DNA of 64,000 nt, taken from NCBI GenBank assembly GCA_039588275.1, contig JBDHAC010000024.1, positions 1-64,000 of the forward strand. Direction: 5' to 3'. The number at the start of each line of letters is the position of its first letter. Position 1 is the stretch's first letter. This document shows positions 35,466-44,648 of the stretch, in pieces. A program made the position numbers and the translations under genes. Below the pieces are notes generated by a model, which made no database searches, was not told where the DNA came from, and saw only the letters and a list, made by a program, of their open reading frames with translations. The stretch is from Gemmatimonadota bacterium (lineage in GTDB: Bacteria; Gemmatimonadota; Gemmatimonadetes; Palauibacterales; Palauibacteraceae).

Positions 35466-36428
35466 TTACAGCGCGTCGAAGAACTGCTCCATGCGGGTGC
35501 GCGTCGCCGCATCCGGCATCCAACCGCGGGCCGCGCCAAGGTTGTCGACCATGTGGTGTGGCTTCGTCGTGCCTGGAATCGCGCACGTGATCGCCGGGTG
35601 CGAGACGACGTACTTGAGGAAGAACTGCCCCCAGCTGTCACACCACTCCGAGGCCCAATCGGGCAGCTCCATATCCCCTACGGCCTGGAATAGCCGCCCA
35701 CGCCCGTACGGCAGGTTGATCAGGGTCGCGATCCCCCTGTCCTGGCACATGGGGAGGATGCGCTGCGAGGACTCGCGGTCGCCGAGCGAGTAGTTGATCT
35801 GGACGAAGTCCAGCTCCTCGCTCGCGATCGTCTGTTCCATGCGCTCGAAAGCGCGCCTGCTGGACGACGTGACTCCGGCGTACCGAATCCGTCCCTCGGC
35901 CTTCCACTCACGGATGGTGGCGAGCTGCGTCGACGTGTCGCGTAGGTTGTGGACCTGCATGAGGTCCACCTGCTCCTGACGGAGCTTCTCGAACGATCCC
36001 TCCATGCGGGCGACCCCCTCGGCCACCCCTTCACGGTCGACCTTCGTGGCCCAGAACAGGCCGTCGACCCTGGCGTCCCACGCACCATCGTCGCGGGCTC
36101 CGAGCTCTGCGATCAGGTCGCCGAGCACGGTCTCGGAGGTCCCGCGCCCGTACCCTGCCGCGGTGTCGATCACGGTGCCGCCATGCTCGACGAAGGCCTC
36201 GAGTGTCTCGCGGAACTGACCCATCACCTCCGGCGTGGCGGATGTGTTGTAGTCTCGCGTCCCGATCCCGACGACCGGGATCTCCTCGCCGGTGGACGGG
36301 ATCGGCTTCGTGACGACGTCGGAGGATTGCGGGCGCAGGGTCCAGGCTCGCGCGGACCGGCGCCCAACGGCGAGATACGCTCCCGCACTCGCACCCAGCT
36401 TGAGCAATTCTCGACGTGTGAGCTTCAT
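35466..36428 (-). CDS. Aldo/keto reductase, Tat signal
   Basis: TRRELLK, IP.VGIGT, IDTAAGYG, ATK, DLMQVHNL, GRIRYAGVT, VQINYS and IPGT. Confidence 0.92.
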   Translation of the reverse strand: MKLTRRELLKLGASAGAYLAVGRRSARAWTLRPQSSDVVTKPIPSTGEEIPVVGIGTRDYNTSATPEVMGQFRETLEAFVEHGGTVIDTAAGYGRGTSETVLGDLIAELGARDDGAWDARVDGLFWATKVDREGVAEGVARMEGSFEKLRQEQVDLMQVHNLRDTSTQLATIREWKAEGRIRYAGVTSSSRRAFERMEQTIASEELDFVQINYSLGDRESSQRILPMCQDRGIATLINLPYGRGRLFQAVGDMELPDWASEWCDSWGQFFLKYVVSHPAITCAIPGTTKPHHMVDNLGAARGWMPDAATRTRMEQFFDAL

Positions 36429-36584
36429 GGCAGATCCCCGGAACATGGTTTTGCTGAGAGCGTCACTTCCTCTCTTGGGAACAGATGGGTGCGAGGCAAC
36501 GTTGGGCGGCCCGCGAATTCCGGCACCGCGCGGTCTGGCCCAACCACCGCACCGCAGCGCAGGGATCACCCGTACGGGAGTACC

Positions 36585-38381
36585 CTATTGGTTGGCTGTC
36601 TCGCAGAAGGTGGGCGGCTCGTACGTCCAACCGCGACGCAATCGACGTTCCTCACGTCTCATCATGAACCCGGCGTACCGTCCGACGAGCGGACCCACCG
36701 CGCGAGCCTTGAACCCGAACTCATGGTAGAAATCGCGCAGGATCCGGCCGATCTTCGACTCCAGGATCGGGTCGGCACGCGCCCACCGCCGGGCCGCCCA
36801 CAACGCCCCCCCGTAACTGGCGGCGAGATTGCGGGCCTCCCACGTGAACCGCGCGCGTATTCGGGAGTCGGAGTGGTTCCGGTACCGGCGCCAACCCTGC
36901 AACGTGGTCCGCGCGACCCTCACGATGCTCGGCCCGTTCACCTTGAAGTCGCGCTCGAACGCCCTCCGGAGGAACTCCGCCTCCTGTCCATCCTTGATGT
37001 GGGGGTGGCGGTGGCTGAACCGGAATTGTCCGTGCCGGTCCGCCTCGGGGCATTCCTCGGGATCGACGAGCGTGCCCTTCTCGAGATGCTCCTCGTACAG
37101 CGGCGTTCCCGCCACGGGCGTGTACAGCATGAACTGATGAAAGTCCGTGTCGTGAGCCACGGCGTAGTCGATGGCGGCATCGATGTTGTCCGGCGTGTGC
37201 TCCTCGAGCCCGATGATGGTCGAGCCAAGCACGCGGATGCCGTGGCTCTGAAGTCCGCGCACCAATTCCTGTGTGTTGATTCCCTCGAGCTTGCTGTAGT
37301 CCGCGTCCGCGCCCTCGAGTCCCATCCAGACCCACGAGATCCCGAGAGCTACCAGCTGCTCGATCGTGTATCGCTGGAGTACGTTGGCCGAGCTGAACGA
37401 GTACAGAGCCCAGGGCTTGTCGTTGTCCGCCATGAGGTCCAGCAGTCGCAGCGCCCGCTTGCGGTACAGCAGGAAGTTCTCGTCCATCACGAAGAATGAT
37501 CGCACCCGCATCGCGTCTTCAAGCTCGCACATGACGTCGAACAGCTCGTCCCCCGTCTCGTAGAAGTGGACGAACTTCCCCTTTCCGCCGAACATCGCCG
37601 ATGTCGCGCAGAAATTGCAGCCCATCGGACAGCCCACGGAGGGGATCAGCGTCGCCGCGGTGTCGCGGGGTCGGCGCCTGAGGGGGATTCCCATCGAGCG
37701 CGCTCCAATGCCGGAGAGGATATGGGGGTGCCGGATCGGGCGGTCTTCGTCTTCCGAGAGAAAACGCCGCATCCAGCGCACGCCCTCGCCCCGGACGACG
37801 TGGTCAGCGTCGATGCGCCGGTGCAGGTCGGGAAGGTTGGCGACGTGACCCCCGACTACGATCGTGGCCTCGGGCGCGTGCTCGCGAATCAGCTCGCACA
37901 TCTTCCGCACCTTCCCGACGTTGGGTTGGATCGCTCCGATTCCCACGATGTCGTATCGGTGCGTCGCGACCTCGTGAATGAAGCGGTCCATGGTCGGGAA
38001 ATCCAGGAGCGTGCAGGGAGCGTCGATGTTGTTCTGGATGAGCATGAGCCCCCAGGAACGATGGAACATCCGCACCGAGAATCCTCGCTGTCCCCGGGTA
38101 ACCTGGTTGTGGTAGAGCTCCATCGGGTTGATGGCCCGGCTCCCGTACTCGTCATCGCGGGCGTAGGGACCGAACACGCTGCTCAACAACACCCGCGCCT
38201 CGGATCGCAGCGGATGACGAGGGTGATCGGACCGGGTAGCGCCGAGGGCAGGAATCAACGTCCGGCTGTCTCCAGGAAGAGGGTCCGTCCAGGCGGAAGC
38301 GATAGGCGCCAGCTCACGGCGTCGGTCACCACGCTCAAACGGATATGAAGGTACGCAAGTCGGTAGTCCGCGCCACCTCAA
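36585..38381 (-). CDS. Cobalamin (B12)-binding radical SAM protein
   Basis: B12-domain YDIVGIG and IVVGGH. GCPMGCNFC (CxxxCxxC), MDENF, GLE, STIIGL and YTP..GTPLY. The true start may be later, e.g. TTG at 38258. Confidence 0.88.
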   Translation of the reverse strand: MRWRGLPTCVPSYPFERGDRRRELAPIASAWTDPLPGDSRTLIPALGATRSDHPRHPLRSEARVLLSSVFGPYARDDEYGSRAINPMELYHNQVTRGQRGFSVRMFHRSWGLMLIQNNIDAPCTLLDFPTMDRFIHEVATHRYDIVGIGAIQPNVGKVRKMCELIREHAPEATIVVGGHVANLPDLHRRIDADHVVRGEGVRWMRRFLSEDEDRPIRHPHILSGIGARSMGIPLRRRPRDTAATLIPSVGCPMGCNFCATSAMFGGKGKFVHFYETGDELFDVMCELEDAMRVRSFFVMDENFLLYRKRALRLLDLMADNDKPWALYSFSSANVLQRYTIEQLVALGISWVWMGLEGADADYSKLEGINTQELVRGLQSHGIRVLGSTIIGLEEHTPDNIDAAIDYAVAHDTDFHQFMLYTPVAGTPLYEEHLEKGTLVDPEECPEADRHGQFRFSHRHPHIKDGQEAEFLRRAFERDFKVNGPSIVRVARTTLQGWRRYRNHSDSRIRARFTWEARNLAASYGGALWAARRWARADPILESKIGRILRDFYHEFGFKARAVGPLVGRYAGFMMRREERRLRRGWTYEPPTFCETANQ

Positions 38382-38403
38382 CCCTTTCTGCGTATGTGTC
38401 GCC

Positions 38404-39660
38404 CTAAAAGAACCGACTCAGCCTGAGCGTCAGGAAATCGTCCCGGCGAAGGTCGTGGACCGGCGCGGTCGCGTCGGTATTGAAGAGCCAGCGAGCCTCC
38501 AGCTCGGCTACCCAGCGATCGCCGAACCGCCGCTCGGCCTCGAGGAACGCGATGATCTCGCCGCTCTCGTAATCCACCACGGGGCCGCCGAGTATGGAGG
38601 TATCGGCGAGGTCGTTGAACGCCCACCGGAAGCCCACGAACACGTCGTGATCGAACGCGGTGAAAGGCGCTTCCTCACTCCTTCCATCGAGCATGACCTC
38701 GGCCAGCAAACCGAGGTCGGCGGGGCCGGGTCCGATGCCGAACAGGGTGTGCTCGACGCCCCCGACGGCGGCCAGGAACCGGTCACCGTGCCCGCCGCGG
38801 GTCATGGCCTCGAGCTTCCACAGCGTGGCGCCGCGCGTCCACTGCGCGTCGAGCGAGACCTGATCGATGATGTCGTACTGTGGCTGGAGCGCGAGCCCGT
38901 CACCGGTCGACACCGGCACGAGCAACGGTTCTCGGCCGGTACCGCGAAACGCGGACACGGCCAGGTCGAGCTCCCCGATGAAGTACGACCACCGCACCGC
39001 GAGATCGGGGTGCCAGCGCCCCGCGCCAGACCCGTAGGCCGCGTCGTCGAGCACCGGGAGCGGCCCGCGCAAACGACCGCGATCCCCGGGGTACGTGCGC
39101 TCGCGGAAGTACGGAAGCACGAAGAAGTCGATCGCGCCCCAGTCTCGCTCGAGCGTGAAGTTGACCATGGGCTGCCCGAGCTTGTCCTCTGTGTCGATGT
39201 CCTCGACCCCGTCCGTCTGGTTGATGATATCGACCAGGTGATGGGCCTCGGTCTTGCCCCAAAAGACCTTTCCGACGCCGGCGAGCAGCGTCCAACCCTC
39301 TCCCAGCCAAAGCGCGCTCGCCTCGCGCACATCGAAGTGCGTGCGGCTCCCATCGTGCGCGTCGATGCGAAAGAACGGCTTCAGTCGAAGCTGGAGTTGG
39401 CCGCTCGACGACTCCCAGATGAGCTCCGGCTCGAGCCCGATCGAGGGTGACACCGCCGCTCCCCGCTGATCGACGAACGCCGGGTCGCTGGGGAAGAGCC
39501 TCGTCTCCACGAAGGCGCTACCGCGGATTTCCTGCCCGTCGAGGGTCGCCGGTCCGAAGGGGGCCACGGCCCCCCCGAGAACGGCTGCCACCAGGAGTCG
39601 TCGGCGCGGAACGCGCGGGCGCAAAGTGCCCACGAGGCGGGTTCGTCGAAGCGATCGCAT
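38404..39660 (-). CDS. Putative outer-membrane beta-barrel protein of the RND/LolA-like cluster
   Basis: Signal peptide, D.REA, G...VFWG..E..HLVDIINQ.D, alternating beta-strands and C-terminal LRLSRFF. Confidence 0.75.
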   Translation of the reverse strand: MRSLRRTRLVGTLRPRVPRRRLLVAAVLGGAVAPFGPATLDGQEIRGSAFVETRLFPSDPAFVDQRGAAVSPSIGLEPELIWESSSGQLQLRLKPFFRIDAHDGSRTHFDVREASALWLGEGWTLLAGVGKVFWGKTEAHHLVDIINQTDGVEDIDTEDKLGQPMVNFTLERDWGAIDFFVLPYFRERTYPGDRGRLRGPLPVLDDAAYGSGAGRWHPDLAVRWSYFIGELDLAVSAFRGTGREPLLVPVSTGDGLALQPQYDIIDQVSLDAQWTRGATLWKLEAMTRGGHGDRFLAAVGGVEHTLFGIGPGPADLGLLAEVMLDGRSEEAPFTAFDHDVFVGFRWAFNDLADTSILGGPVVDYESGEIIAFLEAERRFGDRWVAELEARWLFNTDATAPVHDLRRDDFLTLRLSRFF

Positions 39661-39668
39661 GGTCCCCC

Positions 39669-40511
39669 CTACCGCGTGCGCCGCAGACGCGACGGCGTGA
39701 ACTCGCCCTCCGAGAGTCCGTTCCCGAACGACCACTCGTCGAACACCAGCTCGGTGCTCTTGCCGTTCTGATGGTTCTCCATGGTCATGCGATCGGGCCG
39801 CCAATACTCCCCCGCGTATTCCCTATACCCGTGATACAGGAGGGTTTTGAGCAACGTGTCTTTTCGATCGTAGAAGTCGATGCGCTGGATCCGGTACTCG
39901 GACACATCCCACCACACGACCTGCTTCGTGTAACCCGAGTTCTCGTACAGCGGGGTACGCTCGACGACGAAGCACTCCACTCCGCCGCACGATTCCTCGC
40001 GCAGGAAGCGGTACTCGTACTTGTCGACCTCCTGCGAGACGAGGTCCTCGTACGCGAACTCGCTTCCCACGAACGGACCCGACTTGTTGGCCGACGAGAT
40101 CCGCTTCACCCGCTTGAGCGCGGGGAGAAAGAGCCACTGATCGTCGGGCTCGAGGATCTTCGTGTGCGAGAGGAGCGAGGTCCCCGCCACATCGCGCGGC
40201 GCGTCGAACGTGATCACGCTCTTGTCGCCTGCCCCTTCGTCGTGGGTCTCGAGCGCCTGCCGTCGCAGCTCGCGCACACTCTCGTCGCCGTTCCGGTTGC
40301 GGAGGACCATCCGCATGGTGCTCGCGTTGTCACCCCAGCCGAGGTCGCGCCGGTCCGCCTCCTCCGCGATCTGCTGGCCCAGCGCCTCGTCGGAATCCTG
40401 CGCCAGGACCGGGCTCGCCAATAGAGCGGCGGCCATCGTGGCCGCGAACACGGCCGCGGGCATCCCACGTCGGGGCCCGAGCTCGGTGAGGTATGTCGTC
40501 CTGTATGTCAT
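39669..40511 (-). CDS. LolA-like outer-membrane lipoprotein-sorting protein
   Basis: F..PRDVAGT.LL, DDQWLFLPALKRVKRISS..KSGPFVGSEFAYEDL and FYDR...LLK. Confidence 0.9.
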   Translation of the reverse strand: MTYRTTYLTELGPRRGMPAAVFAATMAAALLASPVLAQDSDEALGQQIAEEADRRDLGWGDNASTMRMVLRNRNGDESVRELRRQALETHDEGAGDKSVITFDAPRDVAGTSLLSHTKILEPDDQWLFLPALKRVKRISSANKSGPFVGSEFAYEDLVSQEVDKYEYRFLREESCGGVECFVVERTPLYENSGYTKQVVWWDVSEYRIQRIDFYDRKDTLLKTLLYHGYREYAGEYWRPDRMTMENHQNGKSTELVFDEWSFGNGLSEGEFTPSRLRRTR

Positions 40512-40548
40512 CGGAGTGTCTCCTCGATTGCAGTAGTCAGTGAAATCG

Positions 40549-42960
40549 TCAGAGGGCCGCGGCCTGTGCGGCCGCCTTCCTGGCCGCCTTCGCCACCGCC
40601 GCCAGGTCCCCGCTGGTCTCGGGGCGCTCCGCCCTTTTGCGGTCGAAGGCCAGGAGCAGCGTTGGGAGGAGCAGGAAGTCCACGAACAGCGCTGCGGCCA
40701 CGGTGAGCGAGGTCAGGAGTCCCATGTAGGACGTGACGCGGAACGTGCTCAACCCAAGCATGGCGAACCCGACCGCGACGATGAACGTCGTGCCGAGGAT
40801 CGCGGTCCCGACCGTGCGGAACGCGTAACGCACCGCGTCGGGCGCATCCATCGATTTGTTACGCCGCGCGTATGTGTACTTGCTGAGGAAGTGGACCGTG
40901 TCGTCGACGATAATCCCGATCGAGAGCCCGGCCACGACCGAGACGGCGAACCCGACGTCGCCCACGAGCCAGGCCCACACACCGAACGCCAGGGCCGCGG
41001 GGAGCACGTTCGGGATAAGGCTGATCACGCCCATCCGCACGCTCCGGAGCGCCACGACGAGGATGCCCGCGATGAGGAGAAAACCGAGCCCCGTGCCGAG
41101 GATCATCGACGCGATGTTCCTGCGCGTGATCTTCCCGAACATCATGGGAACACCCGTCGCCCTATCCGTCTGCATGCTCGGCGTACCGTTCTCGGCCAGC
41201 CACGCCTCGGCGAGCCGAGTCTCCTCCTCGACCACGGCCATGTCGACGTCCCCGTACGTCACATCGAGCCGCAACGAGCTCTTGTCGATGTCGATCTGGT
41301 CGTTCACGTCGAGTCCATACGGCAGCGACAGCTCGTACAGAAGCAGGTACTGCGCGGCCAGCTCCTGGCCATCGGGCAGCCGGTACTCGGCCGGGTCATC
41401 GGCGTGCAGGTTCTTGTTGAGTCGCTTCATGGTCCGGGTGAAGCTGTTTACGTGGACCACGGCGGGGCGCGACTCGAGGTAGTCGGCGAACGCGTCAACG
41501 GCGGCCAGGTACTCGGGGTCGCTCACCTCCTGCGAGCCACCAGCCTCGAGCGAGTATGTCGTGGTGTACACGCCGCTCAGGTTCTCGACCGTGAAATCCG
41601 ACGCGACCCGGATCGGCAGCGACCGGTCGAAGTAGTCGATGTACTGGTCGTTGATCCCGAGCCGGGTGATCGAGAGCGACAGGACGACGGCTGCGGCGCC
41701 CACCGTGGCCAGAATCGGCCGGTACCTGCGGACGACCAGGGTCGAGAACCGGTCGACGATTCGATCAAGCTGACCCCGGCCCGCCTGCGCTCGGTTCCTT
41801 GCCGGCATAATCGCGATGACGGCCGGCAGCACGGTCATCGAGAAGACCCAGGCCACGATCACGCCGAAGGCGGTGATGTTGCCGAGCAGGCGGAAGGGCG
41901 GGGAATCGCTGAAGTTGAGGCTCAGGAACCCGATCGCGGTCGTGATCGAAGTCAGAAAGACCGGCTTGGCGTTGACCCGCAGCGCCTCGACCAGTGCCTC
42001 CCGCCTCTCCGTGTTCTCGCGCAGCGACTGGATCCACGTCACGAGTATGTGGATCGAGTCCGCCACGGCGAGCGTGAGGATGATCGTGGGCGCCGAAGAC
42101 GAGACCGGGTCGAGTAGCACGCCCAGGTGTCCGGCCACTCCTACCGCGGTGACGGTCGAGAGCATGAGCACCGTGAGCGTGCCCACGATCCCCGAGATCG
42201 TCCGTAGGAAGAGGACGATCGCCAGCACGAAGGCGCCGAACATGAGCGGCATCACCACCGGCATGTCGCGCATGGGTGCCTCGGCGAACGACCAGTTCAT
42301 CATCGAGATGCCGGACGCGTGGATCTCGAGGTCGGTGTAGTCCGCGCGGTACTTCTCGAGCAGCCCCCGCACGTGCTCGACCGTAGCCGGAAGCTCGGCC
42401 TTCGACTCACCCGGGAGCGAGATCCGGACGTTGACGCCCGTCGTGCGAGCGTCCGCCGAGACCAGCCGACCGGCCAGAAGCGGCTCCGTCGTCGCGACCT
42501 CGCGCGCACGGGCGACCATCTCGGCGGTGATCTCGCCCTCCCCGACCAGGTCCTCGACGATCAGGTCATCGCCATCGGCCCAGGTATGCTGGAAGTTCGC
42601 GATCCCGTCCACGCGCGTGGAGTTCGGGATCTGCCACGCGTCCTCGGTCAGCGACCGGATCATCCCCAACACCCGCGGCGTGAACACGTCCCCCTCCCGG
42701 GGGCGAATCACGAACAGGACGTTGTCGTTCTTCGTGTAGATGTTCTCGACCGCCTCGTAGGCCGCGAGATCGGGGTTGTCCGCGCTGAAGAACGTCCGGT
42801 AATCCGTGGCGAGCCCCAGCCTGGGCAGCCCACTCGCGGCTGCGATCGTTGCGAGCAGAGCGAGGGCCAAGACCGACCATCTATGCTTGATCACCCAGCG
42901 CGCGTACCGCTGGGTGCGGTTCTCGGGTCGGATATTCTCGATATCTGGTGCGCGACTCAT
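40549..42960 (-). CDS. MMPL/RND family transporter
   Basis: Two-repeat RND with LAVADSIH, LTSITTAIGF, GIIVDDTVHF and LLLP.LL. GGAGGA RBS before ATG at 42960. Confidence 0.92.
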   Translation of the reverse strand: MSRAPDIENIRPENRTQRYARWVIKHRWSVLALALLATIAAASGLPRLGLATDYRTFFSADNPDLAAYEAVENIYTKNDNVLFVIRPREGDVFTPRVLGMIRSLTEDAWQIPNSTRVDGIANFQHTWADGDDLIVEDLVGEGEITAEMVARAREVATTEPLLAGRLVSADARTTGVNVRISLPGESKAELPATVEHVRGLLEKYRADYTDLEIHASGISMMNWSFAEAPMRDMPVVMPLMFGAFVLAIVLFLRTISGIVGTLTVLMLSTVTAVGVAGHLGVLLDPVSSSAPTIILTLAVADSIHILVTWIQSLRENTERREALVEALRVNAKPVFLTSITTAIGFLSLNFSDSPPFRLLGNITAFGVIVAWVFSMTVLPAVIAIMPARNRAQAGRGQLDRIVDRFSTLVVRRYRPILATVGAAAVVLSLSITRLGINDQYIDYFDRSLPIRVASDFTVENLSGVYTTTYSLEAGGSQEVSDPEYLAAVDAFADYLESRPAVVHVNSFTRTMKRLNKNLHADDPAEYRLPDGQELAAQYLLLYELSLPYGLDVNDQIDIDKSSLRLDVTYGDVDMAVVEEETRLAEAWLAENGTPSMQTDRATGVPMMFGKITRRNIASMILGTGLGFLLIAGILVVALRSVRMGVISLIPNVLPAALAFGVWAWLVGDVGFAVSVVAGLSIGIIVDDTVHFLSKYTYARRNKSMDAPDAVRYAFRTVGTAILGTTFIVAVGFAMLGLSTFRVTSYMGLLTSLTVAAALFVDFLLLPTLLLAFDRKRAERPETSGDLAAVAKAARKAAAQAAAL

Positions 42961-42999
42961 CCGTTTCCTCCGTGTGGCGTGGGTGGATCGGCAGGTGTC

Positions 43000-43035
43000 T
43001 CGGTGCACGTCTCGGTGCACGCATCGGTGCATGCG
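43000..43035. repeat. Three 12-bp tandem repeats TCGGTGCAyGyn upstream of the MMPL gene
   Basis: tcggtgcacgtc / tcggtgcacgca / tcggtgcatgcg. Confidence 0.75.
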
Positions 43036-43080
43036 TCGACGGGTGACTTGAGGGGGATTTCCACTTCCTCGACCCACCAT

Positions 43081-43098
43081 ATACCGACTGGTTGGTAT
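43081..43098. promoter_or_regulatory. Putative TetR operator upstream of the MMPL operon
   Basis: Inverted repeat ATACCGAC-TG-GTTGGTAT with 1 mismatch. It matches the site at the tetR start. Confidence 0.75.
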
Positions 43099-43165
43099 GT
43101 TTTGGTGCGGGCAGAAGCCATGTGCATGATCATCGTCTTCACTCGTTGGGATTCGGGTCGCTCGG

Positions 43166-43825
43166 TTAGGCGGCGGGCGCCTCGGCCAAGGCCGGCCGCA
43201 GGCTCTCGAGGAGCTGTAGGAACATCGTCGTCGCCGAGCCGGTGACCTCACGATCACGGCTGCTCTTCATGGTCGCGGCGAGGCCCTCGACGCTCGACAC
43301 GATGAACGCGGCCGCGGCGGCGGGATCCACATCCTCTCGAACGGTCCCGGCCGCCTTTCCGCGCTCGAACGCCTCCGCGAGACCCGCGCGCCACTCGTCG
43401 CATACTCGGGCGAGATGGTCGTGGAAGCCCTCCCCGGCGTTGGCAAGCTCCTGGACCAGGTTGTTGAGCGGACAGCCGCAGGCCATCTCCTGGTCGGTGA
43501 AGTTGGCCATCACTTCGGTGGCATGCTCGCGCAGCGCCGTGATCGGGTCGTCCGACTCTCGGATGGGATCCGCCCAGCGCTCGATCATGAACGGCCGGAT
43601 CACTTCATCGATCACGGCCTTGGCGAGCTCGGCCTTGCTGCCAAAATGATGGTACAGGGCACCCTTGGTCACACCCGAGTTCGCCAGGATCCGGTCCAGG
43701 CTCGCTCGCGTGTATCCGTGCTCGTAGATCTCCTGAAACGCGCAGTGAAGCAAACACTCGCGCGTCGCTTCGGGATCTCTCGTACGCCCCTTAGGGACCT
43801 GGTGCGTCTCGATTCCACATTTCAT
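43166..43825 (-). CDS. TetR/AcrR family transcriptional regulator
   Basis: TR..LL..A.....GY...SLDRILANSGVTKGALYHHFGSKAEL and GCPL. Confidence 0.93.
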   Translation of the reverse strand: MKCGIETHQVPKGRTRDPEATRECLLHCAFQEIYEHGYTRASLDRILANSGVTKGALYHHFGSKAELAKAVIDEVIRPFMIERWADPIRESDDPITALREHATEVMANFTDQEMACGCPLNNLVQELANAGEGFHDHLARVCDEWRAGLAEAFERGKAAGTVREDVDPAAAAAFIVSSVEGLAATMKSSRDREVTGSATTMFLQLLESLRPALAEAPAA

Positions 43826-43861
43826 ACCGACCAGTATGTATGAAACGGGCAGGCCTGTCAA
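43823..43861 (-). promoter_or_regulatory. tetR promoter (leaderless) overlapped by a second TetR operator
   Basis: Minus strand reads TTGACA (43861-43856), 17 nt, CATACT (43838-43833), 7 nt, ATG (43825). Operator CATACATACTGGTCGGTATG spans 43823-43842. Confidence 0.8.
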
Positions 43862-43892
43862 CCCCCACGTGAGGCTGGACCTCTGGACTAAC

Positions 43893-43920
43893 AGAAAGCC
43901 CGCCATGCGACGGGCTCTCT
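43893..43920 (-). terminator. Intrinsic terminator for the 43944-44435 gene
   Basis: Minus strand AGAGAGCCCGTC-gcat-GGCGGGCTTTCT followed by GTT. Confidence 0.65.
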
Positions 43921-43943
43921 GTGCAACGCCGAAGCACTGGTAG

Positions 43944-44435
43944 CTACCGGATCGGCACCATCAGATGCGTCCCGCGTCCTTCACCCATGGCGTACGGAAG
44001 CCCGGACTCTTCGTCGGCGTCGAAGCCTGCGACAGCCTCGGGGCCTGCGTAGATCATCAGGTGCGGCTCATCTCCCGCGAGCATGTAGGAGATCGCGATA
44101 CCGTCGAACTCCACTTCCTCACCCCTGCTGCGGGCCTTCTGTCTCTCGACGGAAGCGGGGTCCCAGCACGCGGGCTCCATTTCGTCATCGGCGCCCGGGA
44201 AGCATCCCCATCCGTTGGTGCCCTCGCGGAGCACGATCCAATCTTCTCCGTTCTCGCCCTCGCGAACGTAGATGGTGGCTTCCGCCGAGATCGAGGCCGG
44301 AGCGGCCAGCATCGCTTTGTGGATCCTCCAATTCGTCGTGGCCTCGTCCTGCGCCTGGACGGAGCCAGGGAGCGTGATGAGCAGAACCGCGAGCGCGATC
44401 CCGGTGAGGACGATGTTCAGAGTAAGTCTCCGCAT
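43944..44435 (-). CDS. Secreted conserved hypothetical protein
   Basis: GAGGAGGT RBS, signal peptide, and motifs AAP, LREGTNGWGC, PAC.D, SYML, PHLMI, HLMVP. Confidence 0.8.
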   Translation of the reverse strand: MRRLTLNIVLTGIALAVLLITLPGSVQAQDEATTNWRIHKAMLAAPASISAEATIYVREGENGEDWIVLREGTNGWGCFPGADDEMEPACWDPASVERQKARSRGEEVEFDGIAISYMLAGDEPHLMIYAGPEAVAGFDADEESGLPYAMGEGRGTHLMVPIR

Positions 44436-44648
44436 AGTACCTCCTCGTGGGGGGTGTGGGGCAAAGGACGCGCGAAGATAGGGGACCCCTTCGACGCACC
44501 ACAAGCGTGCCCGTGACCACGCCGCAGCCCCGGCGTCCATGCGCCCGGCGTTGGCCCATCAGGTCGACATCCGGGATCGAACCCTGTTATTTCCGAGGCG
44601 AGTCCGACGACCAACGCAGTTCCGCGTGAAGATCGAACCAGGACGCCC

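Noticed and set aside
44560..44600. tRNA-like T-loop sequence GGGTTCGATCCC on the minus strand
   Set aside because: Only 2 bp of a 5-bp T-stem pair around the canonical 7-nt loop. No acceptor stem, anticodon arm or CCA could be built.
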